A stretch of 63,938 nucleotides of DNA, counting the filler, from an uncultured Ignavibacteriales bacterium (lineage in GTDB: Bacteria; Zixibacteria; MSB-5A5; GN15; JAAZOE01), in the NCBI GenBank assembly GCA_964611355.1. It is 3 parts of 3 records of this genome, joined end to end, with 100 filler letters (N's around TTAATTAATTAA, not from the genome) between each part and the next. Parts side by side here need not be neighbours in the genome. Positions count along the whole stretch, not along the records: positions 24,562 to 48,695 come from CAZSYD010000035.1; 2 more parts are not named here. One strand, written 5' to 3'. This document shows positions 30,616 to 39,275 of the stretch, piece by piece. Position numbers and translations under genes: made by a program. The notes under the pieces are model-generated. The model did not search any database. It was given only the letters and a program-made list of their open reading frames with translations, and was not told where the DNA came from. Numbering within the stretch: position 1 is the first letter of the stretch; every line of letters begins with the position of its first letter.

Positions 30616-31587
30616 CTAAGCATGGTTACGCAGTATCAGCTCTTTGGGATTGGGATTAAGATAAGTTTGTCCCGCCAAATGCTCTATCTTGAATTTTCCA
30701 ACATAATGCTTAAGCAGCGTAATCGGCACGATCAACGGCACATACCCCTTACGATAATCCTCGATGTTATCCAAAATATACCTTTTCTCGTCTGCATTTA
30801 GACGATCCCTGGTAAAGTTATAAATATGACGGAGGATAGTGGCGTTTTTTCTTGTGGTCGTCCTGATTTTCAAGGCCTCTATGAACATTGCACCGTACAG
30901 GTTGCGAAATTCAGCCGGCGAGTATTTCCGGATATCAGCCATAAGTTGTTCCATCAGTTTATAATGCCGGGGGCTGTGAGCCCGGATCAGGTACTTGTTG
31001 GCGGTATGAAATTCGGCCGCCTTCCGCCGGTTAAATCTTTCAATAAATAACTTCTGCAGGTTATGATAAGCAAAAACCCGTTCAATAAAGTTTTCCCTGA
31101 TCTTGATATCTTGCAGGCGGTCTTCCTCTTCGATCGGAAGAAGCGGATACCGTTCCATAAGTTTTTTGGCGAACAAACCCACTCCATTCCGGGACAGCGA
31201 GCCGTTGTTTGCGAAGAGTCTGACCCGTTTCATGCCGCAACTGGGCGAGTCCTTTTTCAAAATATAGCCGCTTAATTGTCTTATATCGCGTTTTCGTACC
31301 CGCCTGTCGGAGTAATTATTCATTCGCTTTGTCCAGTCGGCGCCGGTTTTTTCGCCAATCATCCCGGGAGCCTCCGGCGTTCCCGTCAGGTTGACAGCTT
31401 CCCGAGGCACCCCCATGCCGATTTCCCATTCCGGACAGACGGAGACAAATTGAACACATTTGCCCAAAACGTCGGTTATATAACGGTCGCGCTTATGCCC
31501 GCCGTCATAGCGCACTTTCATCCCAAGCAAACAGGAACTAACGCCAACCCTCACAGGCGTTCCTTGTTTTGATCTTTTCAACGCCAT
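30616..31587 (-). CDS. DUF523 (TudS, 2-thiouracil desulfidase-like) + DUF1722 (YbgA) fusion
   Basis: VSSCLLG..VRYDGGHK, CPE..IGMGVPRE, KKDSPSCG, FHTANKY, YLNPNPKEL.LRNH. Confidence 0.9.
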   Translation of the reverse strand: MALKRSKQGTPVRVGVSSCLLGMKVRYDGGHKRDRYITDVLGKCVQFVSVCPEWEIGMGVPREAVNLTGTPEAPGMIGEKTGADWTKRMNNYSDRRVRKRDIRQLSGYILKKDSPSCGMKRVRLFANNGSLSRNGVGLFAKKLMERYPLLPIEEEDRLQDIKIRENFIERVFAYHNLQKLFIERFNRRKAAEFHTANKYLIRAHSPRHYKLMEQLMADIRKYSPAEFRNLYGAMFIEALKIRTTTRKNATILRHIYNFTRDRLNADEKRYILDNIEDYRKGYVPLIVPITLLKHYVGKFKIEHLAGQTYLNPNPKELILRNHA

Positions 31588-31753
31588 AATAAATTCAAAA
31601 AATCTTTGCTTATTATAATCCGCGTCGCAACCTGTTACCGGAATCGCTTTACGTTATTGATGTTTGCCTGTTGTTACTTTTTTAATGAAATCTATCGCCT
31701 ATCAATCCTGATATCCTCTTTGCCTGATGGCCAAATACTCTGCCGGGCAATTA

Positions 31754-33031
31754 TCAAAACTTGCTTATTATTATCCCGCTGTACGGTATGTTCAACCTGT
31801 CCAGAGCGAGAAAAAAATGTCCCAGGCTCAGGATATATCGGTTCGATTTGACCGCAATATCCTCTCGCACTGTCGGCGTTACGTTGCTGTAAAAATAACG
31901 GCCCGAGAGGGCGTTGACCATGACAATATGCGCCATCGAATCGCGTTTAACAAAAAAGGCTCCGGCTGTCAGTACCGGTTCGCCCGGAAACAGAAAGGCA
32001 TGGTTGGCGCGCGGAACTTTTTGGCCGGTTTTGACTTCAATCAATCTCTCCTCTTCAGGTAAAAGTTCCCGCCCGAAACGAATCCTGCCCGACAGCCCGA
32101 CGGCAAAGAAGTATTCACCCGGTTTCAGAGTATCAAACGCGTCGGCTGTCAGCGTTTTAATTAGGCGGACGTCTCCTCCACGCTCGACAAATTCCCGGTA
32201 CTCACGCTGCAACATCGGTGCTTCCTTATTCGGGTAAGCTTCCCCGGGAGCGTTGTCCTTTAGCGCCTGCAACAGTGAATCGGTCGGCACAAAGGATAAA
32301 ATGCCCCTGGCGAACTCGGTGTTTATACCGGCATGGCGGCGCAGGAAATTCCTGTAATTCTCATAACCGGGAATAACGTAATCGGGTGGTTTACAGTAGA
32401 TATCATATCTTTCCGGCAGGGCGAAATCGGCCGCCTTCGGTTCAGGGATAAATTCCCACTTCCGATCGATGGCGTAGAAATGATCGGAAAGCGCCCGGGC
32501 GTAAAGATCAAGTTTCTCGGGCGGGATAGTCGGGTCAGCTTTTTTCAGGATATTCTGCGCCCAGATCAGCCAGCGGGTTTGTTGAACGGTGTTAAACTGA
32601 ACCAGGTAACTTTTTCCCTGCCACCGGAAACGAACAAAAGCGCCCCTGTACCCGGCCGGTCTGCCATCGCAATCACTGGTCAGACAGCGGTCGATTTGCG
32701 TTATTGTAATTGTAGAATCCTTTTGGACGGCATCCAAGGTCCGGCCCAAAGACTCATGATCCGGACAGATGACTCGAACCGCGTGATACAAATCGCTGGC
32801 GTTGTCCGGGCCACTAAAAAGAGGGTCGAGCGGCCCCGTAACGAGATAATCTCCATTCTCCGGAAAGATGGTATCGAGAAGCTGCCGGAGCGGCACGTCC
32901 TGCGCCTCAATAAGCAAATCGTAGGCTGATCCGACAATCGGATCGGTTCTGCCTGTCGAATCGGCGAGTGTTGAACACGCCGGAACAAACAGTAACAAGA
33001 AAAGGGGAACCGTTCGCTTAAAACAAGTCAT
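31754..33031 (-). CDS. Exported hypothetical protein: degenerate RelA/SpoT-like domain plus a C-terminal domain with an H..GEPVxxAG..NxxSGxY motif
   Basis: Signal peptide; DLYHAVRVIC, RPAGYRGAF, VQFNTVQQTRWLIWAQNILKK; C-terminal NHAFLFPGEPVLTAGAF...VNALSGRY. Confidence 0.65.
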   Translation of the reverse strand: MTCFKRTVPLFLLLFVPACSTLADSTGRTDPIVGSAYDLLIEAQDVPLRQLLDTIFPENGDYLVTGPLDPLFSGPDNASDLYHAVRVICPDHESLGRTLDAVQKDSTITITQIDRCLTSDCDGRPAGYRGAFVRFRWQGKSYLVQFNTVQQTRWLIWAQNILKKADPTIPPEKLDLYARALSDHFYAIDRKWEFIPEPKAADFALPERYDIYCKPPDYVIPGYENYRNFLRRHAGINTEFARGILSFVPTDSLLQALKDNAPGEAYPNKEAPMLQREYREFVERGGDVRLIKTLTADAFDTLKPGEYFFAVGLSGRIRFGRELLPEEERLIEVKTGQKVPRANHAFLFPGEPVLTAGAFFVKRDSMAHIVMVNALSGRYFYSNVTPTVREDIAVKSNRYILSLGHFFLALDRLNIPYSGIIISKF

Positions 33032-33842
33032 CTCTTCCCGCGTAAATCACAAGGTGAAGATTTCGTCGTTTTCCTCCCGGGGACCATCAATGATGACACC
33101 CATCTCGCATTGTACGTCGAGCCTCCCGCCATGCGGTATAGGTTTTTCAGAGGAATGGATACACTAAATATATCAGGTGCATATTATCCTGCGCATTTCT
33201 TATGTAATCAACTATTTTTTTGTTCTGCTGATTCTATGGTCGGGATATGCGTTATACAGCTACAAGATAAATATTGACCGATCTATATTACAAACCAACA
33301 AATCCGGGTTTTCCTCCAGGTTGTCCGCGATGCAAACCCCGACTAAATGACCGTCTGGACAGCTATATGCAATTCAATAAACGACAATAACTTATAGGCT
33401 AAATGATAGGCGTTGTACGGCGGAATAATTCCTCCCGATTTACAGGTTATTGAGGTGACGGTACTAATGAGGAATCATCATTACTACTTGCCGGCACAAT
33501 ACGGAACTATATTTATCCTGTTATAATTGTTCAATTTATATACAGCTCAAACTCTTAAGCCTTGATAAGCTTCGACCGAATAATCAGATAACAAGCGTGT
33601 TCACAAGGGGAGCATAACCGATGGAGCGCATATCCAAGGTTGCGCAGCATTTATGACCGACAATCCGTTCAGTTGAATCGTGAAACGCCACTTGCGGATC
33701 CAATCGAGCTTGATCGGTTACAGCCATCGTCTGTCAAAGACCAGTAACCAAAGGGTACGCGTCAACGAGAGGTCGGATATGACGGCATGTGTGGGAATAG
33801 GAGACACTTGATATTTCATAAACCTTCGAAAGGAGTCTGAAG

Positions 33843-35027
33843 ATGAAACGAATTCATCTGCTGATCGCTTTTCTCCTGATGGCTTTTATCTGCTTTGCGG
33901 TAACTGCTACCGCGGCTGATAAGCCTTCAATTAAAATCAAACCGTACGGCTTTTTCAAGCTTGACGGCATGTACGATCAGAACGAAACCAACGGCAACGT
34001 GGCCAAATACGTCGGCCGTCAAAACGGGGATGACAGCGACGAGCAATTCAACATGACCCCGAAGCACACCCGGTTGGGCCTGAAAATGACCGGTGAGAAC
34101 ATTCGGGACGCCGCGGTAAACGGCAAAGTCGAAGTTGACTTCTACGGTTCCGATGGGCCGGAAAACGCCGCCCTCATCCGTCTGCGTCATGCCTACTTTA
34201 CCGTCCGATCGGCCGAATTTCAGCTTCTGGCTGGCCAGACCTGGGATCTAATCTCGCCACTTAATCCGTCGATGCTTAACGCCAGTCCGATTTTTGGCGC
34301 GGGAAACATAGGGATGCGGCGTCCGCAAGTAAGACTATCGTACACCGCCCAACCGAACAATCAAACTGACATTACACTTGCCGCCGGAATTTTCCGCAAT
34401 ATGGGCAATGACAACACCCCGACGCTTACCCTGTCTCTGGCTGATGGTGAAGACGCCACCGACGGTTCGGATGACGGCACCGACGCCGGAATTCCTTCAA
34501 TACAGGGTATGCTCGAGCTGCGTCACGAATTCAACCCCGGAACCTCACTTCAAGTGGGCGCTTCCGGCCTATGGGGTCAAATGAAGGCCGAAAGCCAACT
34601 GAGCACCAATACCGAGACCTATGAGAATTGGGGTGCGGTCGGTCATCTTAAGTTATCGCTGGCCTCAGGTTTTGCGATCATGGGTGAAGGCTTTACCGGC
34701 CGGAATCTTGGCAGTTATGCCGGCGGTATCTCGCAGGCAAGCACCCTGGATGGTGTCGATTGCGTCGGCGGCTGGGGATCGCTCCAGTTCCAACCTTCAG
34801 ACCAGGTGCAATTCAATGCCGGCGGCGGAATGGACGACCCGAAGGATGAAGACCTCAGCAATGGCGACAAGGGAAAGAACCAGTGCATCTTCGGCAATAT
34901 CAAATACAACGTTGTGCCGCTGGTAACCCTGGGATTGGAAGTCTCTCACTGGCGGACGGAGTATCTTGGTGACGCTGATCCGAGCGACAATCTCCGCGTC
35001 CAGACATCATTTATCCTGAACTTCTAA
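33843..35027 (+). CDS. Outer-membrane porin (DcaP-like)
   Basis: Signal peptide, KPYGFFKLDGMYD, TRLGL, VEVDFYG, RLRHAY, LLAGQTW, RRPQVR, terminal F; AAGGAG RBS. Confidence 0.8.
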   Translation: MKRIHLLIAFLLMAFICFAVTATAADKPSIKIKPYGFFKLDGMYDQNETNGNVAKYVGRQNGDDSDEQFNMTPKHTRLGLKMTGENIRDAAVNGKVEVDFYGSDGPENAALIRLRHAYFTVRSAEFQLLAGQTWDLISPLNPSMLNASPIFGAGNIGMRRPQVRLSYTAQPNNQTDITLAAGIFRNMGNDNTPTLTLSLADGEDATDGSDDGTDAGIPSIQGMLELRHEFNPGTSLQVGASGLWGQMKAESQLSTNTETYENWGAVGHLKLSLASGFAIMGEGFTGRNLGSYAGGISQASTLDGVDCVGGWGSLQFQPSDQVQFNAGGGMDDPKDEDLSNGDKGKNQCIFGNIKYNVVPLVTLGLEVSHWRTEYLGDADPSDNLRVQTSFILNF

Positions 35028-35059
35028 AATCAGGTTTCTGTCTGAGAATAGTTTTGGCC

Positions 35060-35095
35060 AATCACCGTGCCGGCCTTTCTACCGGCACGGTGATT
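35060..35095 (+). terminator. Hairpin terminator after the porin
   Basis: 14-bp inverted repeat AATCACCGTGCCGG...CCGGCACGGTGATT. Confidence 0.65.
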
Positions 35096-35134
35096 TCGGC
35101 CTGATACGTCTTAATATTAGTACAATTACCCAAT

Positions 35135-35166
35135 AAAAAGCCGGGCATTCTTCCCGAATGCCCGGC
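35135..35166 (-). terminator. Terminator of the TonB receptor/PorV operon
   Basis: GCCGGGCATTC...GAATGCCCGGC with a T5 tail on the minus strand. Confidence 0.7.
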
Positions 35167-35193
35167 CAATTCGCTTCATGAGAATCTCAGGCC

Positions 35194-36183
35194 TTAGAAC
35201 TCCACCTTCACGGTAAAGAACTGGTTGGCGTCAAAGACTTCAGTATCCATCCAGGAATACTCGAAGGCGAGTTTGGTGCCGCCAAAATCATACTTGACGC
35301 CACCACCAACCGTGAAACCGTAAAGGTAGCTCTCCTGATCCGCGTAGTTATAGCCGACACGGATTGAGTACAGCCCGTCGTAAACATACTCGGCACCGCC
35401 CTGCCACACATCTTGGGAATAGTTGTTCGAGACGAAATTCCCGGTAATGGTGGCCAGGTTGGGACCCATATCATACGCGTTCCAGGCCATACCTGCGTTA
35501 AACGAGCTTGGCAGGTCGAATTTGAGAGCTTCCGGCGAAGCCTGGCGTTCGCCAAGCGTCCGTTCAAAGCCTTTGCCGCTGAACTTCATCTCCGGACCAT
35601 AATTTCTGATCGCCAGTCCGAGAGAAAAGCCCTGCCAGCCCGGGTCATAGATAAAGCCAACGTCAAATGCTACACCGGTCGCCGACACTTCGAAGATTTT
35701 TTCGTGTATGAACTTACCGGTCACGCCAAACGACACCCGGTTGGTCATAATCCGCGAATATGCCACCGATATGACCGAAAGAGTCGGACTGAATATGCGA
35801 CCCGTTCCGTCCGGATACTCGTTGGTGGTTTCTTCCATGTCGCCGATGGAGATAATCTTGGCCGACGCCGCAATAGTACCGAAATCTTCGATACGGGTGG
35901 CAACTCCGGCGAAATTGACGTCGATATCAGCCAAGTACGGCTGATGCGAAAACATCGCCTCGGTACCGGCCAGGCTGGCCAGTCCGGCCGGATTCCAGTA
36001 GATGGCCTCCACGCCGGTAACATTGGCGACCACCGCGCCGCCCAGGGCGATGCCGCGCGCCCCGACCGGGATACGCAATTCCTGGGCGCCGGCGGTTCCG
36101 ATCCGTCGTTCGTTCCCTGCGTAAACCGAGGTCAGGCTTACGGCAAGGAGAACCATCAATATGATTGCAATTTTATGCTTCAT
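35194..36183 (-). CDS. PorV/PorQ-family (FadL-like) outer-membrane beta-barrel
   Basis: GTAGAQELRIPVGARGIALGGA, AIYWNPAGLA, AFDVGFIY, terminal VEF. Confidence 0.85.
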   Translation of the reverse strand: MKHKIAIILMVLLAVSLTSVYAGNERRIGTAGAQELRIPVGARGIALGGAVVANVTGVEAIYWNPAGLASLAGTEAMFSHQPYLADIDVNFAGVATRIEDFGTIAASAKIISIGDMEETTNEYPDGTGRIFSPTLSVISVAYSRIMTNRVSFGVTGKFIHEKIFEVSATGVAFDVGFIYDPGWQGFSLGLAIRNYGPEMKFSGKGFERTLGERQASPEALKFDLPSSFNAGMAWNAYDMGPNLATITGNFVSNNYSQDVWQGGAEYVYDGLYSIRVGYNYADQESYLYGFTVGGGVKYDFGGTKLAFEYSWMDTEVFDANQFFTVKVEF

Positions 36184-36202
36184 TGTTCCTTTCCTTCCTT
36201 GC

Positions 36203-39200
36203 TTAATATACCTTAAGTACCTCTACCTCGGTGAATATAGCCATCTTTCCTATCTTGGTGCCGAAACCGGGAGCCTCCACGACATAGATGTAAATTCCCG
36301 ATGCCACCGGCAACCCGTTCTCGGTACGCGTATCCCAGGTCGCGATTGATGTGCTCGGATCGTTTTTCTCGATCGTCCTTATCAGATCGCCACCGAGGTT
36401 GTAGATGGTGATTGTACAATTGTCCGGGAGATGCTGAAACTTCAACTGGTAATTCCCCGGCGCAGGGTCATACGTACCGTACAGGTAGAACGGGTTGGGC
36501 ACCACGTTGATCCGATCAAGATCACTTTCGGTTGTGGTGTAGGTTGGGTCTGTCACCGTAAAATAGAACGTATCGGAAACCGTATTAACGTAGTTCGGGA
36601 CATAAAGCCACGTATCTCCCGGAGTCGGCTTACCGCTTGTGCCACCTCTCGCTGTCAGCCAACCTGCATACAGGCAGTCAAAGTCATCATTATCGTTGAA
36701 GCAGGCGCCGTCGACTGCGTAATTCGCAATTTCGGTGGCCGAATAATCGGATTTCATAATGAAGAAATACTCACGGCCGCCAAGGGAGTTGGAGCTAGCG
36801 TCGATATTCACCTGCTCTCCCGGGTTCCAAACCGAATCTGCGTCCTGACCGTCGTTTTCGGTCGGATCATAGGATTCTACAAATGCGAAATTGATTTGCC
36901 GTTCAGGTGTTGCCGAAACGTCCCATACTGTAATATCCTGCTGGAAGAATCCTTCGTAACCATACCCCTTATCGCGCCGGTAGCAATAAGCATACTGGCC
37001 GGTACCGTCTTCAACCCAGCGGAACTCTATATCGACCAGATCCGAAGCCAATAGGGTGGAACCGAAAAACTCACCCAGCAAACCAACCCCGCCGAAGAAG
37101 GAAGAACCGCCCCAGTCTACAGCGGTCAGAGATCTTGTCTCACCAGTCCAGGTATAGTAATTTAATTCCAGTGGCGGACCGGATTGATTGAACAGGACAC
37201 CTTCAATCAGTTCAAACGTGGTGTCGCCCGATTGATCCCACTGCCAGCTCAGGATGGTATCGCCGTCGGTTATGTCAATCAGGTGCCAGCCTATATTATA
37301 GTTGATGATCGTCGCCTCGTCGGTGTCACCGGGATAGGCCGGATCAAATATATACTCAATGTGAAGATCGGTGGTATCTGTGAATGAGACCTGGTAGGTA
37401 TGGTTGTCAAACAGATAGGAGTCGATTGTAAACGGTAACACAAAACCATCCGAAATCCCGACATGGGTAACTTGAATCGTATCGGCGAAGTTGTAACCAA
37501 GCTCGGTTCCCGCAAGGGGCGACTGCGGGGTAGCGGTCACAATTGCCTTGGACGTCTGGGTCTTTGGGGTTCCGGCCTCGAAGTAGCTATAGGCTTCGAC
37601 CTTGTAATAATACGCCGTGGCGTTATTCAGCCGGCCGCCCAAGATGTAATCCTCATCGATGACTATATCATGAAGAACACCCTGATTAGAACCATCCTTG
37701 ACAAGGCGGCTTTCCAGAGCGCCAGTAATCGGGTCAAAGACCTCATCAAGGATATCCTCGACCGTGTTTACAACGTCAAAGTTGATGACCTGCGTCCAAG
37801 GGCCTGACGGGCTTTCACCCTGCCATACAGCATAACCCTCAAACGGATAAGAACCCGGATTCTCCTGAGAAATAGTCGTCCAGGAAAGCGTGATTCTATT
37901 ATCATCTTCCGCCACTGTTACTACCGGTACCGCCGGAGCCTCTAAAACCTCAAAATCGTTTTCATAGGTAGCCTGAGCGAATTTGTCATAGTACTTCATT
38001 ACTGAGATCGAGGATTTCCGGTCAATGCCGTCGCCGACAATGATCGCCGCCAGAATCTCAGTTGAGTCACCCGGGGCAAAGGTGACCGGCCCGGTCGAAA
38101 GCATAAATCGACGATCTGCTGGAGTATCATCCAGGTCACCCGTGCCCTTCACCGGGTCACCTGAAAAGAAGTATTTCGTCGGAATACCGTTGTAGGTATA
38201 AGGGCTGCCATCCCTATTCAGACCCCTCATATAGTTGTAAGATTCCTGAGCATTGTCAGGATCGGTACCGTTGATGTACTTGTCAAATGAAACCATCCCC
38301 ATATTGCGGTAACCTGCCCAAATGGTATCCCACATTTTGGCAGTGTCGGCATCGCTGCCCGTGGAATGCAGCGGCCCCTGGAAGAAGTCATAGCCGACTG
38401 AAGGCGGGGCCGATCCGTATTGCTGGTCAGCGTTGGTGGCGTTGTACACAAAGCCGACCGACAGCGTGGTGTCACAGCCAACCAGATCGTCGCCGGAGCC
38501 GCCTAAATCGGGATCCGACCAGAGTGAGAAATAGCAATCCTCAAGGAGGTTACTACCCTTGTTGAATATCTGAAGCTTGATGAAAATGATATTTCCCAGC
38601 GGGTCTTCACGATCCCAGGCAAACGTGGTCTGCTGCACTTCGATATCAAGCGGGTCAGTATCGCCCGAGGCATTATCGTGCTGGACTGGATCGGCGTCGT
38701 TATAGACCGCCCATAACATCTGGTCGCCGATCATTTTTGGATTTCCCTGATCGTCCACGGGCGCCCCGTGCGCAACCGGCCAGTTGGTGTAGTCGTCATT
38801 CGGATTATCCGCCAGGCTGTCTTTATACAGCTTATAGACTTTGAAAGTCGGATCGTCAGGCAGGAATGAGCCGTCCTGCATCGGGCCCGGCACATATTCA
38901 TCGCTGTATTCGGCAATGGTTACGCGGACTCCGCCGTCAACCGTGGCCCCGACCCACAATCCGGAGGCATACAGACACAAGTTGTCCATAAGGCCGCTTT
39001 CGATATCCGCCACCGTGTTATAGGGATAGAATGTACCGGCATCGTACCCGAAATAATCGGACAGGTCGCGGCAGAAGTTGCCGTGATTTGTAACGAACAT
39101 CAATATGTTGTTGGCATCGATGAACGTTGTATTGTCTATACTCGCCACCCCTGAAGGCGTTGCAGGTTTCTTGAACGGCTCTTGCGGTGGCGCCGCTACC

Positions 39201-39268
39201 GACGGCAAGGCCAATAGCAATGCCATAAGTAGCGCCAAAAGAGTTTTTTTCATTTTCATTACCCTCAT
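36203..39268 (-). CDS. Large exported acidic protein with C-terminal sorting/FlgD-Ig-like domain
   Basis: Signal peptide; C-terminal INVVPNPF...TITIYNLGGDLIRTI...WDTRTENGLPVASGIYIYVV...KIGK. Confidence 0.8.
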   Translation of the reverse strand: MRVMKMKKTLLALLMALLLALPSVAAPPQEPFKKPATPSGVASIDNTTFIDANNILMFVTNHGNFCRDLSDYFGYDAGTFYPYNTVADIESGLMDNLCLYASGLWVGATVDGGVRVTIAEYSDEYVPGPMQDGSFLPDDPTFKVYKLYKDSLADNPNDDYTNWPVAHGAPVDDQGNPKMIGDQMLWAVYNDADPVQHDNASGDTDPLDIEVQQTTFAWDREDPLGNIIFIKLQIFNKGSNLLEDCYFSLWSDPDLGGSGDDLVGCDTTLSVGFVYNATNADQQYGSAPPSVGYDFFQGPLHSTGSDADTAKMWDTIWAGYRNMGMVSFDKYINGTDPDNAQESYNYMRGLNRDGSPYTYNGIPTKYFFSGDPVKGTGDLDDTPADRRFMLSTGPVTFAPGDSTEILAAIIVGDGIDRKSSISVMKYYDKFAQATYENDFEVLEAPAVPVVTVAEDDNRITLSWTTISQENPGSYPFEGYAVWQGESPSGPWTQVINFDVVNTVEDILDEVFDPITGALESRLVKDGSNQGVLHDIVIDEDYILGGRLNNATAYYYKVEAYSYFEAGTPKTQTSKAIVTATPQSPLAGTELGYNFADTIQVTHVGISDGFVLPFTIDSYLFDNHTYQVSFTDTTDLHIEYIFDPAYPGDTDEATIINYNIGWHLIDITDGDTILSWQWDQSGDTTFELIEGVLFNQSGPPLELNYYTWTGETRSLTAVDWGGSSFFGGVGLLGEFFGSTLLASDLVDIEFRWVEDGTGQYAYCYRRDKGYGYEGFFQQDITVWDVSATPERQINFAFVESYDPTENDGQDADSVWNPGEQVNIDASSNSLGGREYFFIMKSDYSATEIANYAVDGACFNDNDDFDCLYAGWLTARGGTSGKPTPGDTWLYVPNYVNTVSDTFYFTVTDPTYTTTESDLDRINVVPNPFYLYGTYDPAPGNYQLKFQHLPDNCTITIYNLGGDLIRTIEKNDPSTSIATWDTRTENGLPVASGIYIYVVEAPGFGTKIGKMAIFTEVEVLKVY

Positions 39269-39275
39269 CCTTGGT

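Noticed and set aside
33044..33160. Minus-strand HGGRLDVQCEMG, like the end of a histidine kinase ATPase domain
   Set aside because: Too short, with no upstream G-box; could be chance
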